From Vairimorpha necatrix (Eukaryota), in contig CP142726.1 of NCBI GenBank assembly GCA_036630325.1, forward strand, positions 1,426,001 through 1,490,000: a stretch of DNA of 64,000 nucleotides, read 5' to 3'. Position numbers and translations under genes: made by a program. The notes under the pieces were generated by a model. The model was not told the origin of the DNA, searched no databases, and saw nothing but the letters and a program-made list of their open reading frames with translations. Each line of letters begins with the position of its first letter. Within the stretch, counting starts at the first letter, position 1. Below, in pieces: positions 42,586 through 53,035 of this stretch.

Positions 42586-43944
42586 CTATTTATGATTTGT
42601 CGAGTTCCTTCTTTTTATATTTTGTTCTTTTTGATTTATTTCTGAATTCTCTAGACATTTTATTAATATGTCCATCACAGATTCATTTTTATTTATTTCT
42701 TTTATTTCATATTTATTTTTATTTATTTCTCTCGTTTCATATTTATTTTTATTATATTTTATCAAGCATTTCTCAAAGCATTCATGATTCATACTAAGTA
42801 AAAGTGAAATAAATTTATAAATTTTCACTTTTTCTTTACTAGCCCAATATTTCTTACTTAAAATATACAAATTATCAAATATTTTAGGTAATATTTCATT
42901 TATATTTTCTTTTAATAAATTTCTCATTATTTTTGATTCTCCAATTTTCATTATATTTTCTATTAAATTTTGATATTCTGATTTTAATCCATAATTTATT
43001 ATTTCGCAAATTTCTTCTATTACATTTTTAAATTGTATTCTTCTACTCCATCTCAAATATATTTGGAAATATAATTTTACTATTACTGACTTATTTATAA
43101 ATTCTATTTCTTTGTAAATTTTATATAAATATTTTAGAGTAAATTGACCTATTTTGTAATCTTCACTAGAATATTTGTAAATTATATTTTCTATATTTTT
43201 ATAAAATTCTAAATTTTTTATATGTAAAAATTTCAGAATTATTTGGTAATAAAAAGTTTCATCTTTTAAATTTAAGTTTTCTATTATTTCTAATATTTCT
43301 TCTATACCTACATGTGTTCTTTCTTCATCGTAAAAAAGTAGTAATTCGTTTTCTATTATATTTTGTATTAATTTTTTGTTTAAATCTTTTATATTTATTA
43401 TTATTTGTAAAATATTAAATCTTTCTTTTTCGTCTTCACTTTTTAATAAATTAAAAAGTGAGTAAATATCTGAATCAGAGATTTCTTGTTTTAAAATGTT
43501 TTTATGTTTACTTGTCAATAATGAGAATATTCTAGTAAAAATGTTTATGTTACTAGTGACCTTATTTTTTATATTTGTGTCATCCCAAGGATAAAAAAGT
43601 CTGCCTGTTTTGTTTTGGTTTTTTATGTCTCTAAATATTTTTTCTTTACATTTTCTGATCACTACAGTGAAAATTAGATCAGTGATTTTAGTTTTACTTA
43701 AAATTATAAAAAGGTCGTGAAGTGTCAGAGGATCTTCAGAGTGAATGTTTAGTAAAATGGAGGAGTCGTTTTTTGTAGGAATTTCTTTTATAATATTCCG
43801 AGTTTTAAGAGGTCTCCTTTTTTCTATGATATTTTCTGGAATATTAAAAATGATATTTTGTTTTTTATTTTCTGTATTTTCTTCTAGTATTGAAGGATTT
43901 AATTTTTGTTTTTTTGTTTTTCGTTCTCTGTCTTCATTTTTCAT
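42586..43944 (-). CDS. PP2A regulatory subunit B' (B56/Rts1-like)
   Basis: NIFTR, KSEDEKER, THVGIEEILEI, ILPKIFDNLY..SKKYW match B56 motifs. Confidence 0.8.
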   Translation of the reverse strand: MKNEDRERKTKKQKLNPSILEENTENKKQNIIFNIPENIIEKRRPLKTRNIIKEIPTKNDSSILLNIHSEDPLTLHDLFIILSKTKITDLIFTVVIRKCKEKIFRDIKNQNKTGRLFYPWDDTNIKNKVTSNINIFTRIFSLLTSKHKNILKQEISDSDIYSLFNLLKSEDEKERFNILQIIINIKDLNKKLIQNIIENELLLFYDEERTHVGIEEILEIIENLNLKDETFYYQIILKFLHIKNLEFYKNIENIIYKYSSEDYKIGQFTLKYLYKIYKEIEFINKSVIVKLYFQIYLRWSRRIQFKNVIEEICEIINYGLKSEYQNLIENIMKIGESKIMRNLLKENINEILPKIFDNLYILSKKYWASKEKVKIYKFISLLLSMNHECFEKCLIKYNKNKYETREINKNKYEIKEINKNESVMDILIKCLENSEINQKEQNIKRRNSTNHK

Positions 43945-44135
43945 TATGAAGGTTTATGCAGGAAAAAATTATTAAATCAAAAATTATTAAAATTATTAAA
44001 TCAAAAATTATTAAGTCAAAATTTATTAAATCAAATTTATTTAGTCAAATTTATTTAGTAGGCATAATTAAAAAATGCTAATTTTATATTTATAATATAT
44101 TAAATTAATATATGTATGATATAATATTATATATA

Positions 44136-44408
44136 TTACAAATTATTATTAAGAAATTGTATAAATAAATTTTTTTCTTCTTCTTCTGTTTTTTTATATT
44201 CTGTCATTTTATTGATTTCTCTAAGTTTTTTTAATCCTTCATAAATTTCTAATACAATCTCAATTATGGAAATAATCCTCCTTTTTGCAAAGAAAAGGCC
44301 TTTCATGTCATTGTCCTTTCTTTTTATTATTAAAAGTGTCTCTATGAAATTTTCCATAATTTTGTCTAAATTTGTGTTTATTTTAGAAACAATATCAAAT
44401 TCATGCAT
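44136..44408 (-). CDS. Small helical protein, possibly Mediator Med22-like
   Basis: CCCCTTAAATTATG context; KINTNLDKIMENF...IIEIVLEIYEGLKKLRE resembles Med22 helices. Confidence 0.4.
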   Translation of the reverse strand: MHEFDIVSKINTNLDKIMENFIETLLIIKRKDNDMKGLFFAKRRIISIIEIVLEIYEGLKKLREINKMTEYKKTEEEEKNLFIQFLNNNL

Positions 44409-44588
44409 AATTTAAGGGGAATAAAAATAAATCTTAATGCTGCATAAGTTTTTTATAAATTATATTTATGCTGCATAATTTATTTTATGCTACATTGTCT
44501 TAAACATTGTCTACATTTAGTTTTTTATTCCATTCTGTCTTAAGGCATGGTCTTCTCATTTTTTCTTTCGTTTTTTTTGCCCCTTAAA

Positions 44589-44969
44589 ATGTTGTTCATT
44601 CCAAATATGATTGTCATCCCCACGGCCGGAAAATTCGCCGGTAAAAAAGCAGTAGTAGTCAAAAATCTAGACAACAGAAATGTCCTCATAGCTGGTGTAC
44701 AAAGATTACCAAAAGAGAGTGAAGATTACATGTCAAAAGTAGAAAAAAGGAAGAATGACAGATTCTTATCTTTTGTTAAGAAAGTTAATGTTAGACATCT
44801 TATGGCTACAAGATACAAAGCTGACATTGGACTAGGAGAAGCAGATTATTCTAAAATTGATGATCTTAATATTAAAAAAGAAGTAAGAAATAAAGTAGTA
44901 GAAATTATGAAGAAAGCACAAGAAAGTGGAAAAGCCAAATTTTTATTTACTGAACTTAAATTTCAATAA
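44589..44969 (+). CDS. RPL27: 60S ribosomal protein L27 (eL27)
   Basis: [45 protein letters not shown]. Confidence 0.95.
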
Positions 44970-45267
44970 AAAATAATTAATATTATCTAAATTATATATA
45001 TAATATTATTATACATAATTATTATACATAAAATATTTATTTACGCGATATTATAAATAAGCATTATGCAATATATAATAGATTGTAAAATGTTTTATTT
45101 ATGCAATATATAAAAATATTTAAGTTTATGCATTTTATGCAATATATAAAAATATTTAAGTTTATGCAATATATAAAAATGTTTTATTATGCAACATATA
45201 ATAGATTGTAAAATACTTTATTTCCCATTTGTCTTATTTTGTAAATTTGACACCCCCCAAAATTAAA

Positions 45268-45762
45268 ATGTCTTTGGAGTTCGACGATCCTATAAAAAAT
45301 AAATGTATGAAATTATTTTATAATTCTATTACTTCAAATATTCAATCATACGACGAAAATCGTGTAGAAAATCTCGCTTATTCCTTGACAAAATCCATTT
45401 ACGAAAATATAAAAAATGAAATTCCTAAAGTGGTCAGATCAAAATGCTTCAATTTGAAAGATAAAAATAATCCAAGTTTGTGTAAAAATGTATACGAGGG
45501 CTTTATAAGTCCAGAAGAATACATCTTAATGTCTAATGAAGATATGAAATCATTAGATCTTAAAGAAATAGAAGAGAAGATTTATAGAGAGAGCTTGTAT
45601 GATATTCAGATACCAGAGATACAAGCAGAGACAGACATGTTTAAATGTAACAGCTGTGGGCAGAGGAAGACTTCCTATAGGCAACTTCAGACGAGATCGG
45701 CCGACGAACCGATGACCACATTCGTGACTTGTGTGTGTGGGAATAAGTGGAGATTTTGTTGA
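45268..45762 (+). CDS. DST1: Transcription elongation factor TFIIS (domains II-III)
   Basis: RSKCFNLKDKNNP, FKCNSC, QLQTRSADEPMTTFVTC..WRFC. Confidence 0.95.
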   Translation: MSLEFDDPIKNKCMKLFYNSITSNIQSYDENRVENLAYSLTKSIYENIKNEIPKVVRSKCFNLKDKNNPSLCKNVYEGFISPEEYILMSNEDMKSLDLKEIEEKIYRESLYDIQIPEIQAETDMFKCNSCGQRKTSYRQLQTRSADEPMTTFVTCVCGNKWRFC

Positions 45763-46106
45763 TTTATAAACAAAATCAAAATAAACTATTATTTATCTGA
45801 AGAATTTAACCCACGTATTATTATAATTACTAGGGAAATGTCTTCATTAATATATCCTTGTTTACTATTAAGATCTTCTAAGGGTCTATTTGATATTATC
45901 ATTTTTAAATGTAACTTTATGTTGTATTACATCCCATATATTAATTCGATATTTATTAGTTCTTCTAATAGTATTTTGTTATTTTTAAATTATATCTTAT
46001 TCTTAATGATATTAATCTTCTTAACATATCTATAATTTTCTTATATTATTGTTTCTCATATAATGTTTAATTAATATTGATCTTATTATTGTATCTAGTT
46101 GTTTTT

Positions 46107-46490
46107 TTATATTATGTGGTTGTATATTTTATCTAGTACATATTTCTTAAATTTATATTTCCCTTCTCCATCTACTTTGATCTTTTGATCACTTATTTCT
46201 TCTATAGAAATATTAAACACTTTCTCATGTTTGATTTTCATTACTCCGCTTTTCCCTATAAAATAATTATAAAAAGATTTGGGGATTTCTAAAATCATTA
46301 TGTCTAATTCTTTCTCATTTCTATAAACCATAATACTTGTATCATCAATATATCCCTTAATTATTATATTCTCTGGGATATTGTGTGTCTTACTGAGGAG
46401 TACTCTCTTTTTATAATCTTGATGTATTATTTCTTTGTAGACTAGGCTTAGATTTCTGAGGAAAGATTCTTCATTTTCTTCAACGTACAT
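46107..46490 (-). CDS. KH-domain protein (possibly C-terminally truncated)
   Basis: LEIPKSFYNYFIGKSG (GxxG loop); CCCTCTT-ATG context. Confidence 0.65.
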   Translation of the reverse strand: MYVEENEESFLRNLSLVYKEIIHQDYKKRVLLSKTHNIPENIIIKGYIDDTSIMVYRNEKELDIMILEIPKSFYNYFIGKSGVMKIKHEKVFNISIEEISDQKIKVDGEGKYKFKKYVLDKIYNHII

Positions 46491-47162
46491 AAGAGGGAAA
46501 GAAAAAAGAAGAAAATTTTGAACTCTGTGTAAATGGCACTACTGGACATTTAAAGAAATCTCATCGAGCATTTAAAACTCTTTAGTTTTTTAATTATGCA
46601 GAAATTTGTTTATTTATCTTAAAATAAGATCAACCTTATTTTATTAATAAAATCCAAAAAAAAAGGAATGGAAAATAAACAAAAAGTGTCAAAAATATTA
46701 CTTACCAAAATATAAACTTAAAATACTTAAATTTATGATTTAAGTAATGTAAATTTTTGATTATTAAGTAGTGACGTGTATGGATTTTTTATAAAATTAT
46801 TTATTAATTTCTATTTTATTAAATTTTCTAAAAAATTCACCATCTTAAAAGTGCTTAAAATCTTTTTATAAAGTAAAATTGTATAAATTTTATCATTCAA
46901 ATCTTTATTTCTTATACTTCCTAACAATCCATAAAAATATAAAGATCCTAATATTTGACATTTCTCACAATCTAAACATCCTATTTCTTTTATAATATTT
47001 TCTATAATTTCTATATTTTTTTGATCAGTTTGTTTGTTAACAAACAAACTCTTCATTCTATTTCTTATAAAAATAAAAAGTAGCATAAAATTTTTAAAAA
47101 ATTTTCTTGATTTTAAATATACATAAATATTATGATATTTAAAGAATATTAAATTATAATAA

Positions 47163-47415
47163 TGTGGTATCCCGGGGAAACCCTCCCGGTTATAAAGTAA
47201 TATTCTAATATACTTCTAATAAATTGTTTTTTATTGGTAACTGTCCCTCTGGACTCTCTCTCCTGACGCTCTTTGGTCCTCTGTTCCATCTCCTTTTATG
47301 TGTGCCCTTCCTTTTCTGAAAATATATTTATAGTAAATTTTATTCATGAAAATTCAATGAGAGTTTTGACAGGGAGAGAAATAAAATAAATGTTGAAGAC
47401 TAACAGTCTACAACA
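47163..47415 (-). repeat. 3' LTR
   Basis: Appears identical by eye to 49182-49434. Confidence 0.95.
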
Positions 47416-47427
47416 TCCTGCCCTCTC

Positions 47428-49308
47428 TCAAAGCTTTAGCTGTTTCCTGTGAAACCATCCTACTAATCCATGTACTTTGTACCATAATCCATTTTTTCCC
47501 TTTTTGCACATCTTGTTTTCTCTTACAAATTTTTTATCAAGTTTATTTGTCGAGAATTTCCGCAAAAAGACTAGATCTTCGACCTCATTTTCCTGCTTAT
47601 ACGTTTTTATCCTGCTCTTTTTCTTTCTTGACCGATCAGTTATATTGGTGTTTCCCTTTTTTCTAAAAGGATCATTAAATCTTATATCGGTACTTTTATC
47701 TCGATATTTTACTACAGTATCGAACTGCTCTTTTAATTTTTTATTAGTAGTTTTAACAGCATTACATTCGCCTACTACTTCCATAATTTTATTATTTTTA
47801 ATCCAACTACCTTTTCCAAATGTTTTATTTCTTTCATTCTTTTGTTTATTCCTGATATATTTAATATTAATATCTTTAGTTTTCGCTGTATAATTTTTTA
47901 CTTTTATCTTATCTTCTTTTTCGATTTTTTTATCTTCCACTATGCAAATTCTTTCAATCATTGCCTTGTCTAATGTCTTTTCTTCTATTTCTTTGTATTC
48001 AATAAATTTAATCAATTTATTATCACACATTACCACTTTATTTTTGTAGTCTAGAATACAATTATTACCAAATAAAAAATCTCCACCTAAGATTATATCA
48101 TGCATACATTTATCAAAAATATATGGCTTAATAGTGTAATTCTTATTTACTCCTTCAAATTTAATTTCAAATTCTGTAGACTTATTACTAGTTATGACTT
48201 CTCCGTTTGCTATAACTGTTCTAATAGCTTTATTTTCTCTTAGTGGTAAATTTAATTTCTTAGCCAAGCTTTCTGAAATAAAACTTCTACTGGCTCCACT
48301 ATCTAATAATACTTTAATATTGTGTTCCTTAATTTTAGCTCTTACAATAATTTCTCTAACCGAATCTTTTTCTTCTTCCATGATGTTCATTTCACTTCTT
48401 CTTGGAAAATTCTTATCGTAGTCATTTCTTTTTCCGTTATTTAAAAAACAGTCAACTGAATTATGACCATTGTGCTTATGAAATTTGCACCACTTCTTTT
48501 GTAGAGGGAAATTATTGTTCCTAAAATTCTTAGTAGCTGTTTCGTGCTTCCTCATATCCATGTTGTTGTTTCTTAACTTTAAAATTTCTTCTTCCATCGT
48601 CTTTAGCTTCTTCATATATGCATCCAAATTATGCACATCAAGACTTTCAATTAGTATTCTCTTCGTTTTGCTTCCTAAACCCTTCTTGAAGCATTCCCAT
48701 AGCTTCCTGTTGTATTCTTCTCTGCTTATCTTATGGGCAATACTATAATATTTTATATAACTATTGATGTATTCATAATACTCACTTATCGACTCAAAAT
48801 TTTCTTGTCTTGCACTGGATAATTTATCAATCCATTCTTCCGCTCTATCAATACCATAAACTCTACTTAGAATTCTTTCGGTAATTTTACTTAATTCTCC
48901 TTTAAATACTTTATCATCAATTGACTTATCACTTATTAAATCTCTTAAGATGAGCTCATACTGCTCACTGTTCCATTTATTTCTTAAACTTATTTTTTCG
49001 AATGTTTCTAGCCATTCACACATATCAAAACTATAAATATCCTCTATGATATTTAACTCGGTCTCGATCTTCATATCCGTTCCTATAACGGTGTAACTTA
49101 ATTTCACTTTCTTCTTGTTAACCTCACTATGGTTAATCTTTTTGTAGCTCGTGCTCAAAATACTCGCACTTGAATTCAAGCTGTGGTATCCCGGGGAAAC
49201 CCTCCCGGTTATAAAGTAATATTCTAATATACTTCTAATAAATTGTTTTTTATTGGTAACTGTCCCTCTGGACTCTCTCTCCTGACGCTCTTTGGTCCTC
49301 TGTTCCAT
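47428..49308 (-). CDS. Gag-aspartic protease polyprotein lacking RT/RNase H/integrase core
   Basis: Gag (QENFESISEYY, FKKGL), knuckle CKFHKHNGHNSVDC, protease LLDSGASRSFIS and DIILGGDFL; the tail DLVFLRK..NKLDKKF..WFHRKQLK resembles the integrase extreme C-terminus. Confidence 0.9.
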   Translation of the reverse strand: MEQRTKERQERESRGTVTNKKQFIRSILEYYFITGRVSPGYHSLNSSASILSTSYKKINHSEVNKKKVKLSYTVIGTDMKIETELNIIEDIYSFDMCEWLETFEKISLRNKWNSEQYELILRDLISDKSIDDKVFKGELSKITERILSRVYGIDRAEEWIDKLSSARQENFESISEYYEYINSYIKYYSIAHKISREEYNRKLWECFKKGLGSKTKRILIESLDVHNLDAYMKKLKTMEEEILKLRNNNMDMRKHETATKNFRNNNFPLQKKWCKFHKHNGHNSVDCFLNNGKRNDYDKNFPRRSEMNIMEEEKDSVREIIVRAKIKEHNIKVLLDSGASRSFISESLAKKLNLPLRENKAIRTVIANGEVITSNKSTEFEIKFEGVNKNYTIKPYIFDKCMHDIILGGDFLFGNNCILDYKNKVVMCDNKLIKFIEYKEIEEKTLDKAMIERICIVEDKKIEKEDKIKVKNYTAKTKDINIKYIRNKQKNERNKTFGKGSWIKNNKIMEVVGECNAVKTTNKKLKEQFDTVVKYRDKSTDIRFNDPFRKKGNTNITDRSRKKKSRIKTYKQENEVEDLVFLRKFSTNKLDKKFVRENKMCKKGKNGLWYKVHGLVGWFHRKQLKL

Positions 49309-49434
49309 CTCCTTTTATGTGTGCCCTTCCTTTTCTGAAAATATATTTATAGTAAATTTTATTCATGAAAATTCAATGAGAGTTTTGACAGGGAGAGAAA
49401 TAAAATAAATGTTGAAGACTAACAGTCTACAACA
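49182..49434 (-). repeat. 5' LTR
   Basis: Appears identical by eye to 47163-47415; contains the ORF start ATG 49308. Confidence 0.95.
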
Positions 49435-49917
49435 AATAATTATATGATATGTGTACTGATATAAGAAAATGGATTCCTGATACTAGTTGTTTTATATTAT
49501 TATTTGATAAATTGTAGATATTTCTCCATATAAGAGCACCATTTTTACAATTAGTTTTACCTTCTTCTAAGTTTTTAAGATTTAAAATGTTGTTTTTTAA
49601 GATTAATTTTTTACAAGAAAATAGAGTGCATTTTTTTGTATGACAAGGAATAAGAGAAAGTTTAATTTTAGAGATTTTTAGATTTTCAAGGATTGATATT
49701 TCATCTGATAATTTATTTATGAGAAAAAGAGATATGAGTTTTATAGGAAGCATATTTTAGGGTGACAAAAAAATTAATATAATATTAGAAATCAAGATTT
49801 ATAAATATTGTATAGAAATGATAGATTTATAAATATTGTATAAAAATTCAAAAAGTACGAGTTAAATATTAGAAATGATATTTTAGATAGCTTAATAAAA
49901 AACGAGATTAAATTTAA

Positions 49918-50050
49918 AGAAGTATTGAATATAAAAAGAAAGAAATATTGAATATAAAAAGATCAAAAGCTTGAATATATAAAGAAAGAAGTATTGAATA
50001 TAAAAAGATCAAAAGCTTGAATATATAAAGATGAAAAGCTTGAACATATA
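49918..50050. repeat. Degenerate ~22-bp tandem repeat
   Basis: Repeated TTGAATATA(A/T)AAAGA core with AAGAAGTA/TCAAAAGC variants. Confidence 0.75.
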
Positions 50051-50378
50051 TCGATAAATCTAATAAGATCGATTTTATATTAAAAAGACGATGCTTTTAT
50101 GCAGAAAGACAAAGGAAATTTTGCCTGATTCAAATTATTTTGAATTTTCTTCTAAATAATTTGAAACATGGGGCAAAAATAAAACAAAAGTAACAAAAAG
50201 GAGAATAAAACATAAAAAAAGGAAATTGTTGACACCACAAAACACAAAAAATATAATTTATTCAAAATTACATAATAAGACGAATATGTTAAAACACGAA
50301 TAATTTTTTACAAATCATCAACAATGAAACAAAGTTCCCTCCTATTTTCTATATATTTTCCTTTTTTGTTATCCCTCA

Positions 50379-50816
50379 ATGGCGAGAACAAAACAATCAG
50401 CAAAGAAGACTACTGGTGGTAAAGCACCCAGAAAGCAATTAGCAGCCAAGTCTACTAAGAAGACACCAAGTGGGACACCAGGAACAGAGAAGAGAACCAA
50501 ACAAAGACACAGATCTGGTACACTTGTACTGAAAGAAATAAGAAGATACAGAAAAGGGACAGAGTGTCTTATAAGGAGACTTCCTTTCCAGAGACATTGT
50601 CGTGCTATTGTAAGAGAAAGCAATAATGCAGCAGAAATCAGATTCCAGGGGCCTGCCCTTGCTGCTATTCAGGAGGCTGTAGAGTGTTATCTTGTAGGAT
50701 TATTTGAAGATTCCCTCTTGTGTGCTACACATGCCAGGAGATGTACAGTAATGGCCCGGGATATTCTCCTTACTCTGAAGTTGAGATCAAGAGTGATCAA
50801 CACATGGACTGAGTAA
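50379..50816 (+). CDS. Histone H3 (divergent, microsporidian type)
   Basis: MARTKQSAKKTTGGKAPRKQL tail; LKEIRRY, LIRRLPFQR, IRFQ, LVGLFED, HARRCTVM. Confidence 0.93.
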   Translation: MARTKQSAKKTTGGKAPRKQLAAKSTKKTPSGTPGTEKRTKQRHRSGTLVLKEIRRYRKGTECLIRRLPFQRHCRAIVRESNNAAEIRFQGPALAAIQEAVECYLVGLFEDSLLCATHARRCTVMARDILLTLKLRSRVINTWTE

Positions 50817-51078
50817 CTTAGTAGTGAATAAAAGTATTCTTTAAATCTAAGATAATATTATAATTTGTTCTACAATATATCTTATTAATAATTTAAATAT
50901 AATATTTATATAAATGTGATATGTTTGTTTATGCTGATTATTATTTGTTAATATTATAATTTGTTTATGCATGTTAAATTTGTCATGCATAAATTTAATT
51001 ATTTGTTATAATTATTATTTGTTTGTTTATGCATGTGAAATTTGTTTGTTTTTAATTATAATTTATTCGTAAAAGACA

Positions 51079-51840
51079 TCATGTTTTTATTTCGTTGGTC
51101 GTTAGTTTAATTAATAAAAATATCATTAAATTAATTATGTGTAGATAATTTATGGATATAATTCCATACATTTGTGTGTAAGCTATTGTACTTAAATAGA
51201 CAACTAAGGAGACTGCGTAATACAAGATTATATCCAAAATGTTATCTTTATATAAATTGCCAAATGGTAGAAATAATGATATTAGTGCCCAAAATAATAT
51301 TGTAATAAATGATGAATAGAATATGTAGTCTATAATTCCTATTTCATTAGTAATTATATTTGTTATTATTGTGTAAATTACATAACTCATTATGCCATGA
51401 AGATTGTCACTTATAGTCTCAAATATTCTGTAGCCTGAAAAGTCAAGATCTTTAAGAATAAAGATAGAACAAAGAATTAGAGACAACAAGTAGAAGCAGA
51501 AAGAGTAAACATTAGCAGATATTTCTTTAGATATTAAATATTTAAATATGTAGGCTATAAATATACCCAGACAGTTTACAAGAAGACAAATTTCCTTATT
51601 AAGCTTATTAGAACCAGTAGCCATTTTCCAGACAGAGACCAAGTAAAGAAGGGAGCCCACAGTCCCGCCCAAGAAATTTCTCTTTTCTGGCCTCCTGACC
51701 TTGTATGAAAATATTAAGGCACAAGTAAGAGGAACGAAGAAAGCGTCAGTGGTGACATTAGAGGGAGAAGACAGGAAAGTGGATTTGTAAGCAGAGAAGA
51801 TTGATAAAAATAAAGCCGACCCATATTTCTTTATATTCAT
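51079..51840 (-). CDS. Multi-pass membrane protein, possible DMT/SLC35-type transporter
   Basis: About 8-9 hydrophobic helices; CCCC start context. Confidence 0.6.
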   Translation of the reverse strand: MNIKKYGSALFLSIFSAYKSTFLSSPSNVTTDAFFVPLTCALIFSYKVRRPEKRNFLGGTVGSLLYLVSVWKMATGSNKLNKEICLLVNCLGIFIAYIFKYLISKEISANVYSFCFYLLSLILCSIFILKDLDFSGYRIFETISDNLHGIMSYVIYTIITNIITNEIGIIDYIFYSSFITILFWALISLFLPFGNLYKDNILDIILYYAVSLVVYLSTIAYTQMYGIISINYLHIINLMIFLLIKLTTNEIKT

Positions 51841-52129
51841 GACAAAAGGGGTGAAGCAATTTTATTTAATAAAAAAAAGGAGAACCAAAATGTCCCTTAA
51901 ATAATAATTTCTTAAATGCATATTCATATTTATAATCATGTAATTTACCAATGTAATTTACATATGTCATTTACAAATGTAATTTAAATTTATATTGTGC
52001 AAAAAAAGCATTTTGCATAAATAAATGTGGTATAATTTTTCAAATATATTACATTATTTTAAGTTTTAAAATTCATTTGTGCATTTAAAAACATGTTAAA
52101 TTTTTAAATAATATTTTTTTACCCTAGAA

Positions 52130-53035
52130 ATGATTGATAAATTTCTTTCAAAATTATACAAATGTGAATATCTCACTGAAACAGAAGTAGAAGAACTCTG
52201 TAAGATTTCTATAGACGTATTTATAAAAGAAGACAATGTAGTAAATGTAAACGGACCAGTCACTGTGTGTGGGGATGTACATGGCCAATTCCATGATCTC
52301 ATGGAATTATTCAAAGTAGGCGGCCTTCCTCCTTACACAACTTATCTTTTTATGGGCGACTACGTGGACAGAGGCTACCACTCAGTAGAAACACTGAGCA
52401 TTTTACTGTGTCTAAAAGTCAAATACCCTACTAGAATATTTTTACTAAGAGGAAATCATGAGTCAAGACAGATTACCCAAGTCTATGGATTCTTTGACGA
52501 GTGTATGAGGAAATACGCGTCAAACTCGGTATGGAGAAATTTCACAGATTTATTCGACTACCTCCCTGTAAGCGCAGTAATCAACAATGACACTTTCTGC
52601 TGTCACGGGGGACTGAGCCCGTCATTTGAGACTTTAGACGAATTGAAAAAAATAGACAGAAAAATAGAAGTCCCCCATGAAGGAGCAATGTGCGACTTAC
52701 TATGGTCAGACCCGGACGAGACAAAGGGATGGGGACCATCTCCAAGGGGAGCAGGATACACTTTCGGGCCCGATATAACAAACCAGTTTACTGTGAAGAA
52801 TAATCTGAAGATGATTTGTAGAGCTCATCAACTTGTAATGGACGGGTACTCGTGGAATCATGACAAGCATTGTGTCACAATATTCAGTGCGCCGAATTAT
52901 TGCTACAGATGCGGGAACTTGGCCACTTGTATGCAAATGGACGAACATGGAAGATTTGACTTTACACAATTTGAACCCTCTCCTGTAAAAGTAGAAGATT
53001 TTGTGGTATCAAAAATACCTGATTATTTTTTGTAA
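52130..53035 (+). CDS. Ser/Thr protein phosphatase 2A-family catalytic subunit
   Basis: [40 protein letters not shown]-terminal PDYFL. Confidence 0.96.
   Translation: MIDKFLSKLYKCEYLTETEVEELCKISIDVFIKEDNVVNVNGPVTVCGDVHGQFHDLMELFKVGGLPPYTTYLFMGDYVDRGYHSVETLSILLCLKVKYPTRIFLLRGNHESRQITQVYGFFDECMRKYASNSVWRNFTDLFDYLPVSAVINNDTFCCHGGLSPSFETLDELKKIDRKIEVPHEGAMCDLLWSDPDETKGWGPSPRGAGYTFGPDITNQFTVKNNLKMICRAHQLVMDGYSWNHDKHCVTIFSAPNYCYRCGNLATCMQMDEHGRFDFTQFEPSPVKVEDFVVSKIPDYFL

Larger units (their letters stand above)
47163..49434 (-). mobile_element. Non-autonomous Ty3/gypsy-type LTR retroelement (2272 bp)
   Basis: Direct 253-bp LTRs (TG...CA), AATAA 5-bp TSD (47158-47162 / 49435-49439), PPT GAGAGGGCAGGA before the 3' LTR. 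Confidence 0.95.
46811..49753 (-). pseudogene. ERO1: ERO1 (ER oxidoreductin 1) interrupted by an LTR element; segments 49753-49435 and 47157-46811
   Basis: IWRNIY, SGIHFLISVHISYNY and GCLDCEKCQILGSL..GL match the Ero1 IW..IY, SGLHASIS.H and CxxCxxC motifs; removing the element plus one TSD gives a continuous 221-aa ORF. Confidence 0.85.

Noticed and set aside
47148-47289. Fusion of the 3' LTR ATG (47289) to the ERO1 C-terminal half
   Set aside because: Out of frame: it reads ...GYHIIII* and stops just outside the LTR.
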